From assembly GCA_964276515.1 (NCBI GenBank), contig OZ193910.1:8184001-8248000 (forward strand): DNA of 64,000 nt. The letters run 5' to 3'. The position numbers and the translations under genes are program-made. The DNA comes from Gordius albopunctatus. Its lineage: Eukaryota. This document shows positions 12,001 through 28,006 of the stretch, one piece after another. The notes under the pieces were generated by a model. The model worked only from the letters and a program-made list of their open reading frames with translations, had not been told where the DNA came from and ran no database searches. Each line of letters starts with the position of its first letter. The first letter of the stretch is position 1.

Positions 12001-15000
12001 AATCGCAACAATATAACGTTGTCTTTTCTCAAAATGATAGTTCTCGCCGCTTGAAACTTCTTATATGGAGTCGATCGAGAATAATAGGATTCTCAAATTA
12101 GCTTACTTTTATATATTTTATCAAGCTCTTTTACATAAAATAACAAAAATTATATTTTTTTAGCTCCGAATAATTCACAATTTTTTCCTTTCAAATCATA
12201 TTCATCCGATGAAAGTTGTTATTTTCAGACGTGATTTCCATGATAAAAAGTTAAAATTTATCAGAATTAGAGAACTATTACTTTGAAATCATCATCGCAT
12301 AGAGCATGTTTCAAAAATTAAGCACTCACTTTGCGATACAACAAACTAATCGCAACAATATAACGTTGTCTTTTCTCAAAATGATTGTTCTCGCAGCTTA
12401 AAAATTATTATAAGGAGTCGATCGAGAATAATAGGATTCTCAAATGAGCTTACTTTTATATATTTTTTCAAAATCTTTTACATAAAATAACAAAAAATAT
12501 ATTTTTTCAGGTTAAAATACTTCACAATTTTTTCCATTCAACCATATTCATCCAATGAAAGTTTTATTTTCCGACCTGATTTCCATGATAAAAAGTTAAA
12601 ATTTATCAGAATTAGAGAACTATTACTTTGAAATCATCATCGCATTGAGCATGTTTCAAAAATTAAGCAGTCACGTTGCGATACAACAAACAAATCGCAA
12701 CAATATAACGTTGTCTTTTCTCAAAATGAAAGTTCTCGCCGCTTGAAACTTCTTATATGGAGTCGATCGAGAATAATAGGATTCTCAAATTAGCTTACTT
12801 TTATATATTTTATCAAGCTCTTTTACATAAAATAATAAAAATTATATTTTTTTAGCTCCGAATAATTCACAATTTTTTCCTTTCAAGCATATTCATCCGA
12901 TGAAAGTTTTTATTTTCAGACGTGATTTCCATGATAAAAAGTTAAATTTTATCAGAATTAGAGAACTATTACTTTGAAATCATCCTCGCATAGAGCATGT
13001 TTCAAAGATTAAGCCATCACGTTGCGATACAACAAACTAATCGCAACAATATAACGTTGTCTTTTCTCAAAATTATAGTTCTCGCCGCTTGAAACTTCTT
13101 ATATGGAGTCGATCGAGAATAATAGGATTCTCAAATGAGCTTACTTTTATATATTTTTTCAAGCTCTTTTACATAAAATAACAAAAATTATATTTTTTTA
13201 GCTCCGAATAATTCACAATTTTTTCCTTTCAAATCATATTCATCCGATGAAAGTTGTTATTTTCAGACGTGATTTCCATGATAAAAAGTTAAAATTTATC
13301 AGAATTAGAGAACTATTACTTTTAAATCATCATCGCATAGAGCATTTTTCAAAAATTAAGCACTCACGTTGCGATACAACAAACTAATCGCAACAATATA
13401 ACGTTCTCCTTTTCTCAAAATGATTGTTCTCGCAGCTTGAAACTTCTTATATGGAGTCGATCGAGAATAATAGGATTCTCAAATGAGCTTACTTTTTTAT
13501 ATTTTTTCAAGCTCTTTTACATAAAATAACAAAAAATATATTTTTTCAGGTTAAAATAATTCACAATTTTTTCCTTTCAACCATATTCATCCGATGAAAG
13601 TTTTTATTTTCAGACGTGATTTCCATGATAAAAAGTCAAAATTTATCAGAATTAGAAAACTATTACTTTTAAATCATCATCGCATAGAGCATTTTTCAAA
13701 AATTAAGCACTCACGTTGCGATACAACAAACTAATCGCAACAATATAACGTTGTCTTTTCTCAAAATGATAGTTCTCGCAGCTTGAAACTTCTAATATGG
13801 AGTCGATCGAGAAAAATAGGATTCTCAAATGAGCTTACTTTTTTATATTTTTTCAAGCTCTTTTACATAAAATAACAAAAAATATATTTTTTCAGGTCAA
13901 AATAATTCACAATTTTTTCCTTTCAACCATATTCAACCGATGAAAGTTTTTATTTTCAGACGTGATTTCCATGATAAAAAGTCAAAATTTATCAGAATTA
14001 GAGAACTATTACTTTTAAATCATCATCGCATAGAGCATTTTTCAAAGATTAAGCACTCACGTTGCGATACAACAAACTAATCGCAACAATATAACGTTGT
14101 CTTTTCTCAAAATTATAGTTTTCGCCGCTTGAAACTTCTTATATGGAGTCGATCGAGAATAATAGGATTCTCAAATGAGCTTACTTTTATATATTTTTTC
14201 AAGCTCTTTTACATAAAATAACAAAAATTATATTTTTTTAGCTCCGAATAATTCACAATTTTTTCCTTTCAAATCATATTCATCCGATGAAAGTTGTTAT
14301 TTTCAGACGTGATTTCCATAATAAAAAGTCAAAATTTATCAGAATTAGAGAACTATTACTTTTAAATCATCATCGCATAGAGCATTTTTCAAAGATTAAG
14401 CACTCACGTTGTGATACAACAAACTAATCGCAACAATATAACGTTGTCTTTTCTCAAAATTATAGTTCTCGCCGCTTGAAACTTCTTATATGGAGTCGAT
14501 CGAGAATAATAGGATTCTCAAATGAGCTTACTTTTATATATTTTTTCAAGCTCTTTTACATAAAATAACAAAAATTATATTTTTTTAGCTCCGAATAATT
14601 CACAATTTTTTCCTTTCAAACATATTCATCCGATGAAAGTTGTTATTTTCAGACGTGATTTCCATGATAAAAAGTTAAAATTTATCAGAATTAGAGAACT
14701 ATTACTGTGAAATCATCATCGCATAGAGAATGTTTCAAAAATATAAACATTCACGTTGCGATACAACAAACTAATCGCAACAAAATAACGTTGTCTTTTC
14801 TCAAAATGATAGTTCTCGCCGCTTGAAACTTCTTATATTGAGTCGATCGAGAATAATAGGATTCTCAAATGAGCTTACTTTTATATATTTTTTCAAGCTA
14901 TTTTACATAAAATAACAAAAAATATATTTTTCCAGGTTAAAATAATTCACAATTTTTTCCTTTCAACCATATTCAACCGATTAAAGTTTTTATTTTCAGA

Positions 15001-18000
15001 CGTGATTTCCATGATAAAAAGTCAAAATTTATCAGAATTAGAGAAATATTACTTTTAAATCATCATCGCATAGAGCATTTTTCAAAGATTAAGCACTCAC
15101 GTTGCGATACAACAAACTAATGGCAACAATATAACGTTGTCTTTTCTCAAAATGATAGTTCTCGCAGCTTGAAACTTCTTATATGGAGTCGATCGAGAAA
15201 AATAGGATTCTCAAATGAGCTTACTTTTTTATATTTTTTCAAGCTCTTTTACATAAAATAACAAAAATTATATTTTTTCAGGTTAAAATACTTCACAATT
15301 TTTTCCATTCAACCATATTCATCCAATGAAAGTTTTATTTTCCGACCTGATTTCCATGATAAAAAGTTAAAATTTATCAGAATTAGAGAACTATTACTTT
15401 GAAATCATCATCGCATAGAGAATGTTTAAAATTAAGCACTCACGTTGCGATACAACAAACTAATCGCAACAATATAACGTTGACTTTTCTCAAAATGATT
15501 GTTCTCGCAACTTTAAACTTCTTATAAGGAGTCGATCGAGAATAATAGGATTCTCAAATCTGCTTATTTTTATATATTTTATCAAGCTCTTTTATATAAA
15601 ATAATAAAAAATATATTATTTAGCTCCGAATAACTCACAATTTTTTTCATTCAACCATATTCATCCAATGAAAGTTTTATTTTCAGACGTGATTTCCATG
15701 ATAAAAAGTTAAAATTTATCAGAATTAGAGAAATATTACTTTTAAATCATCATCGCATAGAGCATTTTTCAAAGATTAAGCACTCACGTTGCGATACAAC
15801 AAACTAATGGCAACAATATAACGTTGTCTTTTCTCAAAATTATAGTTCTCGCCGCTTGAAACTTCTTATATGGAGTCGATCGAGAATAATAGGATTCTCA
15901 AATGAGCTTACTTTTATATATTTTTTCAAGCTCTTTTACATAAAATAACAAAAATTATATTTTTTTAGCTCCGAATAATTCACAATTTTTTGCTTTCAAA
16001 TCATATTCATCCGATGAAAGTTGTTATTTTCAGACGTGATTTCCATGATAAAAAGTTAAATTTTATCAGAATTAGAGAACTATTACTTTGAAATCATCAT
16101 CGCATAGAGAATGTTTCAAAAATTAAGCACTCGCGTTGCGATACAACAAACTAATCGCAACAATATAACGTTGTCTTTTCTCAAAATTATAGTTTTCGCC
16201 GCTTGAAACTTCTTATATGGAGTCGATCGAGAATAATAGGATTCTCAAATGAGCTTACTTTTATATATTTTTTCAAGCTCTTTTACATAAAATAACAAAA
16301 ATTATATTTTTTTAGCTCCGAATAATTCACAATTTTTTCCTTTCAAATCATATTCATCCGATGAAAGTTTTTATTTTCAGACGTGATTTCCATGATAAAA
16401 AGTCAAAATTTATCAGAATTAGAGAAATATTACTTTTAAATCATCATCGCATAGAGCATTTTTCAAAGATTAAGCACTCACGTTGCGATACAACAAACTA
16501 ATGGCAACAATATAACGTTGTCTTTTCTCAAAATTATAGTTCTCGCCGCTTGAAACTTCTTATATGGAGTCGATCGAGAATAATAGGATTCTCAAATGAG
16601 CTTACTTTTAAATATTTTTTCAAGCTCTTTTACATAAAATAACAAAAATTATATTTTTTTAGCTCCGAATAATTCACAATTTTTTGCTTTCAAATCATAT
16701 TCATCCGATGAAAGTTGTTATTTTCAGACGTGATTTCCATGATAAAAAGTTAAATTTTATCAGAATTAGAGAACTATTACTTTGAAATCATCATCGCATA
16801 GAGCATGTTTCAAAAATTAAGCACTCGCGTTGCCATACAACAAATTAATCGCAACAATATAACGTTATCTTTTCTCAAAATGATAGTTCTCGTAGCTTGA
16901 AACTTCTTATAAGGAGTCGATCGAGAATAATAGGATTCTCAAATGAGCTTATTCTATATATTTTTTCAAGCTCTTTTACATAAAATAACAAAAAATATAT
17001 TTTTTCAGGTTAAAATACTTCACAATTTTTTCCATTCAACCATATTCATCCAATGAAAGTTTTATTTTCCGACCTGATTTCCATGATAAAAAGTTAAAAT
17101 TTATCAGAATTAGAGAACTATTACTTTGAAATCATCATCGCATAGAGCATGTTTCAAAAATTAAGCACTCACTTTGCGATACAACAAACTAATCGCAACA
17201 ATATAACGTTGTCTTTTCTCAAAATGATTGTTCTCGCCGCTTGAAACTTCTTATATGGAGTCGATCGAGAATAATAGGATTCTCAAATTAGCTTACTTTT
17301 ATATATTTTATCAAGCTCTTTTACATAAAATAACAAAAATTATATTTTTTTAGCTCCGAATAATTCACAATTTTTTCCTTTCAAATCATATTCATCCGAT
17401 GAAAGTTGTTATTTTCAGACGTGATTTCCATGATAAAAAGTTAAAATTTATCAGAATTAGAGAACTATTACTTTGAAATCATCATCGCATAGAGCATGTT
17501 TCAAAAATTAAGCACTCACTTTGCGATACAAGAAACGAATCGCAACAATATAACGTTCTCCTTTTCTCAAAATGATTGTTCTCGCAGCTTAAAAATTCTT
17601 ATAAGGAGTCGATCGAGAATAATAGGATTCTCAAATGAGCTTACTTTTATATATTTTTTCAAGCTCTTTTACATAAAATAACAAAAAATATATTTTTTCA
17701 GGTTAAAATAATTCACAATTTTTTCCATTCAACCATATTCATCCAATGAAAGTTTTATTTTCCGACCTGATTTCCATGATAAAAAGTTAAAATTTATCAG
17801 AATTAGAGAACTATTACTTTGAAATCATCATCGCATAGAGCATGTTTGAAAAATTAAGCAGTCACGTTGCGAACAACAAACTAATCGCAACAATATAACG
17901 TTGTCTTTTCTCAAAATGATAGTTCTCGCCGCTTGAAACTTCTTATATGGAGTCGATCGAGAATAATAGGATTCTCAAATTAGCTTACTTTTATATATTT

Positions 18001-20401
18001 TATCAAGCTCTTTTACATAAAATAACAAAAATTATATTTTTTTAGCTCCGAATAATTCACAATTTTTTCCTTTCAAATCATATTCATCCGATGAAAGTTG
18101 TTATTTTCAGACGTGATTTCCATGATAAAAAGTTAAAATTTATCAGAATTAGAGAACTATTACTTTGAAATCATCATCGCATAGAGCATGTTTCAAAAAT
18201 TAAGCACTCACTTTGCGATACAACAAACTAATCGCAACAATATAACGTTGTCTTTTCTCAAAATGATTGTTCTCGCAGCTTAAAAATTATTATAAGGAGT
18301 CGATCGAGAATAATAGGATTCTCAAATGAGCTTACTTTTATATATTTTTTCAAAATCTTTTACATAAAATAACAAAAAATATATTTTTTCAGGTTAAAAT
18401 ACTTCACAATTTTTTCCATTCAACCATATTCATCCAATGAAAGTTTTATTTTCCGACCTGATTTCCATGATAAAAAGTTAAAATTTATCAGAATTAGAGA
18501 ACTATTACTTTGAAATCATCATCGCATTGAGCATGTTTCAAAAATTAAGCAGTCACGTTGCGATACAACAAACAAATCGCAACAATATAACGTTGTCTTT
18601 TCTCAAAATGAAAGTTCTCGCCGCTTGAAACTTCTTATATGGAGTCGATCGAGAATAATAGGATTCTCAAATTAGCTTACTTTTATATATTTTATCAAGC
18701 TCTTTTACATAAAATAATAAAAATTATATTTTTTTAGCTCCGAATAATTCACAATTTTTTCCTTTCAAGCATATTCATCCGATGAAAGTTTTTATTTTCA
18801 GACGTGATTTCCATGATAAAAAGTTAAATTTTATCAGAATTAGAGAACTATTACTTTGAAATCATCCTCGCATAGAGCATGTTTCAAAGATTAAGCCATC
18901 ACGTTGCGATACAACAAACTAATCGCAACAATATAACGTTGTCTTTTCTCAAAATTATAGTTCTCGCCGCTTGAAACTTCTTATATGGAGTCGATCGAGA
19001 ATAATAGGATTCTCAAATGAGCTTACTTTTATATATTTTTTCAAGCTCTTTTACATAAAATAACAAAAATTATATTTTTTTAGCTCCGAATAATTCACAA
19101 TTTTTTCCTTTCAAATCATATTCATCCGATGAAAGTTGTTATTTTCAGACGTGATTTCCATGATAAAAAGTTAAAATTTATCAGAATTAGAGAACTATTA
19201 CTTTTAAATCATCATCGCATAGAGCATTTTTCAAAAATTAAGCACTCACGTTGCGATACAACAAACTAATCGCAACAATATAACGTTCTCCTTTTCTCAA
19301 AATGATTGTTCTCGCAGCTTGAAACTTCTTATATGGAGTCGATCGAGAATAATAGGATTCTCAAATGAGCTTACTTTTTTATATTTTTTCAAGCTCTTTT
19401 ACATAAAATAACAAAAAATATATTTTTTCAGGTTAAAATAATTCACAATTTTTTCCTTTCAACCATATTCATCCGATGAAAGTTTTTATTTTCAGACGTG
19501 ATTTCCATGATAAAAAGTCAAAATTTATCAGAATTAGAAAACTATTACTTTTAAATCATCATCGCATAGAGCATTTTTCAAAGATTAAGCACTCACGTTG
19601 CGATACAACAAACTAATGGCAACAATATAACGTTGTCTTTTCTCAAAATTATAGTTCTCGCCGCTTGAAACTTCTTATATGGAGTCGATCGAGAATAATA
19701 GGATTCTCAAATGAGCTTACTTTTAAATATTTTTTCAAGCTCTTTTACATAAAATAACAAAAATTATATTTTTTTAGCTCCGAATAATTCACAATTTTTT
19801 GCTTTCAAATCATATTCATCCGATGAAAGTTGTTATTTTCAGACGTGATTTCCATGATAAAAAGTTAAATTTTATCAGAATTAGAGAACTATTACTTTGA
19901 AATCATCATCGCATAGAGCATGTTTCAAAAATTAAGCACTCGCGTTGCCATACAACAAATTAATCGCAACAATATAACGTTATCTTTTCTCAAAATGATA
20001 GTTCTCGTAGCTTGAAACTTCTTATAAGGAGTCGATCGAGAATAATAGGATTCTCAAATGAGCTTATTCTATATATTTTTTCAAGCTCTTTTACATAAAA
20101 TAACAAAAAATATATTTTTTCAGGTTAAAATACTTCACAATTTTTTCCATTCAACCATATTCATCCAATGAAAGTTTTATTTTCCGACCTGATTTCCATG
20201 ATAAAAAGTTAAAATTTATCAGAATTAGAGAACTATTACTTTGAAATCATCATCGCATAGAGCATGTTTCAAAAATTAAGCACTCACTTTGCGATACAAC
20301 AAACTAATCGCAACAATATAACGTTGTCTTTTCTCAAAATGATTGTTCTCGCCGCTTGAAACTTCTTATATGGAGTCGATCGAGAATAATAGGATTCTCA
20401 A

Positions 20402-23400
20402 ATTAGCTTACTTTTATATATTTTATCAAGCTCTTTTACATAAAATAACAAAAATTATATTTTTTTAGCTCCGAATAATTCACAATTTTTTCCTTTCAAA
20501 TCATATTCATCCGATGAAAGTTGTTATTTTCAGACGTGATTTCCATGATAAAAAGTTAAAATTTATCAGAATTAGAGAACTATTACTTTGAAATCATCAT
20601 CGCATAGAGCATGTTTCAAAAATTAAGCACTCACTTTGCGATACAAGAAACGAATCGCAACAATATAACGTTCTCCTTTTCTCAAAATGATTGTTCTCGC
20701 AGCTTAAAAATTCTTATAAGGAGTCGATCGAGAATAATAGGATTCTCAAATGAGCTTACTTTTATATATTTTTTCAAGCTCTTTTACATAAAATAACAAA
20801 AAATATATTTTTTCAGGTTAAAATAATTCACAATTTTTTCCATTCAACCATATTCATCCAATGAAAGTTTTATTTTCCGACCTGATTTCCATGATAAAAA
20901 GTTAAAATTTATCAGAATTAGAGAACTATTACTTTGAAATCATCATCGCATAGAGCATGTTTGAAAAATTAAGCAGTCACGTTGCGAACAACAAACTAAT
21001 CGCAACAATATAACGTTGTCTTTTCTCAAAATGATAGTTCTCGCCGCTTGAAACTTCTTATATGGAGTCGATCGAGAATAATAGGATTCTCAAATTAGCT
21101 TACTTTTATATATTTTATCAAGCTCTTTTACATAAAATAACAAAAATTATATTTTTTTAGCTCCGAATAATTCACAATTTTTTCCTTTCAAATCATATTC
21201 ATCCGATGAAAGTTGTTATTTTCAGACGTGATTTCCATGATAAAAAGTTAAAATTTATCAGAATTAGAGAACTATTACTTTGAAATCATCATCGCATAGA
21301 GCATGTTTCAAAAATTAAGCACTCACTTTGCGATACAACAAACTAATCGCAACAATATAACGTTGTCTTTTCTCAAAATGATTGTTCTCGCAGCTTAAAA
21401 ATTATTATAAGGAGTCGATCGAGAATAATAGGATTCTCAAATGAGCTTACTTTTATATATTTTTTCAAAATCTTTTACATAAAATAACAAAAAATATATT
21501 TTTTCAGGTTAAAATACTTCACAATTTTTTCCATTCAACCATATTCATCCAATGAAAGTTTTATTTTCCGACCTGATTTCCATGATAAAAAGTTAAAATT
21601 TATCAGAATTAGAGAACTATTACTTTGAAATCATCATCGCATTGAGCATGTTTCAAAAATTAAGCAGTCACGTTGCGATACAACAAACAAATCGCAACAA
21701 TATAACGTTGTCTTTTCTCAAAATGAAAGTTCTCGCCGCTTGAAACTTCTTATATGGAGTCGATCGAGAATAATAGGATTCTCAAATTAGCTTACTTTTA
21801 TATATTTTATCAAGCTCTTTTACATAAAATAATAAAAATTATATTTTTTTAGCTCCGAATAATTCACAATTTTTTCCTTTCAAGCATATTCATCCGATGA
21901 AAGTTTTTATTTTCAGACGTGATTTCCATGATAAAAAGTTAAATTTTATCAGAATTAGAGAACTATTACTTTGAAATCATCCTCGCATAGAGCATGTTTC
22001 AAAGATTAAGCCATCACGTTGCGATACAACAAACTAATCGCAACAATATAACGTTGTCTTTTCTCAAAATTATAGTTCTCGCCGCTTGAAACTTCTTATA
22101 TGGAGTCGATCGAGAATAATAGGATTCTCAAATGAGCTTACTTTTATATATTTTTTCAAGCTCTTTTACATAAAATAACAAAAATTATATTTTTTTAGCT
22201 CCGAATAATTCACAATTTTTTCCTTTCAAATCATATTCATCCGATGAAAGTTGTTATTTTCAGACGTGATTTCCATGATAAAAAGTTAAAATTTATCAGA
22301 ATTAGAGAACTATTACTTTTAAATCATCATCGCATAGAGCATTTTTCAAAAATTAAGCACTCACGTTGCGATACAACAAACTAATCGCAACAATATAACG
22401 TTCTCCTTTTCTCAAAATGATTGTTCTCGCAGCTTGAAACTTCTTATATGGAGTCGATCGAGAATAATAGGATTCTCAAATGAGCTTACTTTTTTATATT
22501 TTTTCAAGCTCTTTTACATAAAATAACAAAAAATATATTTTTTCAGGTTAAAATAATTCACAATTTTTTCCTTTCAACCATATTCATCCGATGAAAGTTT
22601 TTATTTTCAGACGTGATTTCCATGATAAAAAGTCAAAATTTATCAGAATTAGAAAACTATTACTTTTAAATCATCATCGCATAGAGCATTTTTCAAAAAT
22701 TAAGCACTCACGTTGCGATACAACAAACTAATCGCAACAATATAACGTTGTCTTTTCTCAAAATGATAGTTCTCGCAGCTTGAAACTTCTAATATGGAGT
22801 CGATCGAGAAAAATAGGATTCTCAAATGAGCTTACTTTTTTATATTTTTTCAAGCTCTTTTACATAAAATAACAAAAAATATATTTTTTCAGGTCAAAAT
22901 AATTCACAATTTTTTCCTTTCAACCATATTCAACCGATGAAAGTTTTTATTTTCAGACGTGATTTCCATGATAAAAAGTCAAAATTTATCAGAATTAGAG
23001 AACTATTACTTTTAAATCATCATCGCATAGAGCATTTTTCAAAGATTAAGCACTCACGTTGCGATACAACAAACTAATCGCAACAATATAACGTTGTCTT
23101 TTCTCAAAATTATAGTTTTCGCCGCTTGAAACTTCTTATATGGAGTCGATCGAGAATAATAGGATTCTCAAATGAGCTTACTTTTATATATTTTTTCAAG
23201 CTCTTTTACATAAAATAACAAAAATTATATTTTTTTAGCTCCGAATAATTCACAATTTTTTCCTTTCAAATCATATTCATCCGATGAAAGTTGTTATTTT
23301 CAGACGTGATTTCCATAATAAAAAGTCAAAATTTATCAGAATTAGAGAACTATTACTTTTAAATCATCATCGCATAGAGCATTTTTCAAAGATTAAGCAC

Positions 23401-26400
23401 TCACGTTGTGATACAACAAACTAATCGCAACAATATAACGTTGTCTTTTCTCAAAATTATAGTTCTCGCCGCTTGAAACTTCTTATATGGAGTCGATCGA
23501 GAATAATAGGATTCTCAAATGAGCTTACTTTTATATATTTTTTCAAGCTCTTTTACATAAAATAACAAAAATTATATTTTTTTAGCTCCGAATAATTCAC
23601 AATTTTTTCCTTTCAAACATATTCATCCGATGAAAGTTGTTATTTTCAGACGTGATTTCCATGATAAAAAGTTAAAATTTATCAGAATTAGAGAACTATT
23701 ACTGTGAAATCATCATCGCATAGAGAATGTTTCAAAAATATAAACATTCACGTTGCGATACAACAAACTAATCGCAACAAAATAACGTTGTCTTTTCTCA
23801 AAATGATAGTTCTCGCCGCTTGAAACTTCTTATATTGAGTCGATCGAGAATAATAGGATTCTCAAATGAGCTTACTTTTATATATTTTTTCAAGCTATTT
23901 TACATAAAATAACAAAAAATATATTTTTCCAGGTTAAAATAATTCACAATTTTTTCCTTTCAACCATATTCAACCGATTAAAGTTTTTATTTTCAGACGT
24001 GATTTCCATGATAAAAAGTCAAAATTTATGAGAATTAGAGAAATATTACTTTTAAATCATCATCGCATAGAGCATTTTTCAAAGATTAAGCACTCACGTT
24101 GCGATACAACAAACTAATGGCAACAATATAACGTTGTCTTTTCTCAAAATGATAGTTCTCGCAGCTTGAAACTTCTTATATGGAGTCGATCGAGAAAAAT
24201 AGGATTCTCAAATGAGCTTACTTTTTTATATTTTTTCAAGCTCTTTTACATAAAATAACAAAAATTATATTTTTTCAGGTTAAAATACTTCACAATTTTT
24301 TCCATTCAACCATATTCATCCAATGAAAGTTTTATTTTCCGACCTGATTTCCATGATAAAAAGTTAAAATTTATCAGAATTAGAGAACTATTACTTTGAA
24401 ATCATCATCGCATAGAGAATGTTTAAAATTAAGCACTCACGTTGCGATACAACAAACTAATCGCAACAATATAACGTTGACTTTTCTCAAAATGATTGTT
24501 CTCGCAACTTTAAACTTCTTATAAGGAGTCGATCGAGAATAATAGGATTCTCAAATCTGCTTATTTTTATATATTTTATCAAGCTCTTTTATATAAAATA
24601 ATAAAAAATATATTATTTAGCTCCGAATAACTCACAATTTTTTCCATTCAACCATATTCATCCAATGAAAGTTTTATTTTCAGACGTGATTTCCATGATA
24701 AAAAGTTAAAATTTATCAGAATTAGAGAAATATTACTTTTAAATCATCATCGCATAGAGCATTTTTCAAAGATTAAGCACTCACGTTGCGATACAACAAA
24801 CTAATGGCAACAATATTACGTTGTCTTTTCTCAAAATTATAGTTCTCGCCGCTTGAAACTTCTTATATGGAGTCGATCGAGAATAATAGGATTCTCAAAT
24901 GAGCTTACTTTTATATATTTTTTCAAGCTCTTTTACATAAAATAACAAAAATTATATTTTTTTAGCTCCGAATAATTCACAATTTTTTGCTTTCAAATCA
25001 TATTCATCCGATGAAAGTTGTTATTTTCAGACGTGATTTCCATGATAAAAAGTTAAATTTTATCAGAATTAGAGAACTATTACTTTGAAATCATCATCGC
25101 ATAGAGAATGTTTCAAAAATTAAGCACTCGCGTTGCGATACAACAAACTAATCGCAACAATATAACGTTGTCTTTTCTCAAAATTATAGTTTTCGCCGCT
25201 TGAAACTTCTTATATGGAGTCGATCGAGAATAATAGGATTCTCAAATGAGCTTACTTTTATATATTTTTTCAAGCTCTTTTACATAAAATAACAAAAATT
25301 ATATTTTTTTAGCTCCGAATAATTCACAATTTTTTCCTTTCAAATCATATTCATCCGATGAAAGTTTTTATTTTCAGACGTGATTTCCATGATAAAAAGT
25401 CAAAATTTATCAGAATTAGAGAAATATTACTTTTAAATCATCATCGCATAGAGCATTTTTCAAAGATTAAGCACTCACGTTGCGATACAACAAACTAATG
25501 GCAACAATATAACGTTGTCTTTTCTCAAAATTATAGTTCTCGCCGCTTGAAACTTCTTATATGGAGTCGATCGAGAATAATAGGATTCTCAAATGAGCTT
25601 ACTTTTATATATTTTTTCAAGCTCTTTTACATAAAATAACAAAAATTATATTTTTTTAGCTCCGAATAATTCACAATTTTTTGCTTTCAAATCATATTCA
25701 TCCGATGAAAGTTGTTATTTTCAGACGTGATTTCCATGATAAAAAGTTAAATTTTATCAGAATTAGAGAACTATTACTTTGAAATCATCATCGCATAGAG
25801 AATGTTTCAAAAATTAAGCACTCGCGTTGCGATACAACAAACTAATCGCAACAATATAACGTTATCTTTTCTCAAAATGATAGTTCTCGTAGCTTGAAAC
25901 TTCTTATATGGAGTCGATCGAGAATAATAGGATTCTCAAATGAGCTTATTCTATATATTTTTTCAAGCTCTTTTACATAAAATAACAAAAAATATATTTT
26001 TTCATGTTAAAATAATTCACAATTATTTCCTTTCAACCATATTCAACCGATAAAAGTTTTATTTTCCGACCTGATTTCCATGATAAAAAGTTAAAATTTA
26101 TCAGAATTAGAGAACTATTACTTTGAAATCATCATCGCATAGAGCATGTTTCAAAAATTAAGCACTCACTTTGCGATACAACAAACTAATCGCAACAATA
26201 TAACGTTATCTTTTCTCAAAATGATTGTTCTCGCCGCTTGAAACTTCTTATATGGAGTCGATCGAGAATAATAGGATTCTCAAATTAGCTTACTTTTATA
26301 TATTTTTTCAAGCTCTTTTACATAAAATAACAAAAATTATATTTTTTCAGGTTAAAATACTTCACAATTTTTTCCATTCAACCATATTCATCCAATGAAA

Positions 26401-28006
26401 GTTTTATTTTCCGACCTGATTTCCATGATAAAAAGTTAAAATTTATCAGAATTAGAGAACTATTACTTTGAAATCATCATCGCATAGAGAATGTTTAAAA
26501 TTAAGCACTCACGTTGCGATACAACAAACTAATCGCAACAATATAACGTTGACTTTTCTCAAAATGATTGTTCTCGCAACTTTAAACTTCTTATAAGGAG
26601 TCGATCGAGAATAATAGGATTCTCAAATCTGCTTATTTTTATATATTTTATCAAGCTCTTTTATATAAAATAATAAAAAATATATTATTTAGCTCCGAAT
26701 AACTCACAATTTTTTCCATTCAACCATATTCATCCAATGAAAGTTTTATTTTCAGACGTGATTTCCATGATAAAAAGTTAAAATTTATCAGAATTAGAGA
26801 ACTATTACTTTGAAATCATCATCGCATAGAGCATGTTTCAAAAATTAAGCACTCACTTTGCGATACAACAAACTAATCGCAACAATATAACGTTGTCTTT
26901 TCTCAAAATGATTGTTCTCGCAGCTTAAAAATTATTATAAGGAGTCGATCGAGAATAATAGGATTCTAAAATGAGCTTACTTTCATATATTTTTTCAAAA
27001 TCTTTTACATAAAATAACAAAAAATATATTTTTTCAGGTTAAAATACTTCACAATTTTTTCCATTCAACCATATTCATCCAATGAAAGTTTTATTTTCCG
27101 ACCTGATTTCCATGATAAAAAGTTAAAATTTATCAGAATTAGAGAACTATTACTTTGAAATCATCATCGCATAGAGCATGTTTCAAAAATTAAGCACTCA
27201 CTTTGCGATACAACAAACTAATCGCAACAATATAACGTTGACTTTTCTCAAAATGATTGTTCTCGCAACTTTTAACTTCTTATATGGAGTCGATCGAGAA
27301 TAATAGGATTCTCAAATGAGCTTACTTTTAAATATTTTTTCAAGCTCTTTTACATAAAATAACAAAAATTATATTTTTTTAGCTCCGAATAATTCACAAT
27401 TTTTTGCTTTCAAATCATATTCATCCGATGAAAGTTGTTATTTTCAGACGTGATTTCCATGATAAAAAGTTAAATTTTATCAGAATTAGAGAACTATTAC
27501 TTTGAAATCATCATCGCATAGAGCATGTTTCAAAAATTAAGCACTCGCGTTGCCATACAACAAATTAATCGCAACAATATAACGTTATCTTTTCTCAAAA
27601 TGATAGTTCTCGTAGCTTGAAACTTCTTATAAGGAGTCGATCGAGAATAATAGGATTCTCAAATGAGCTTATTCTATATATTTTTTCAAGCTCTTTTACA
27701 TAAAATAACAAAAAATATATTTTTTCAGGTTAAAATACTTCACAATTTTTTCCATTCAACCATATTCATCCAATGAAAGTTTTATTTTCCGACCTGATTT
27801 CCATGATAAAAAGTTAAAATTTATCAGAATTAGAGAACTATTACTTTGAAATCATCATCGCATAGAGCATGTTTCAAAAATTAAGCACTCACTTTGCGAT
27901 ACAACAAACTAATCGCAACAATATAACGTTGTCTTTTCTCAAAATGATTGTTCTCGCCGCTTGAAACTTCTTATATGGAGTCGATCGAGAATAATAGGAT
28001 TCTCAA
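20402..28006. repeat. Longest HOR unit in domain A (22 monomers, 7605 bp)
   Basis: Distance between ORF-bearing monomers 20611 and 28216 is 7605 bp; 22 monomers counted by eye from diagnostic variants. Confidence 0.85.
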
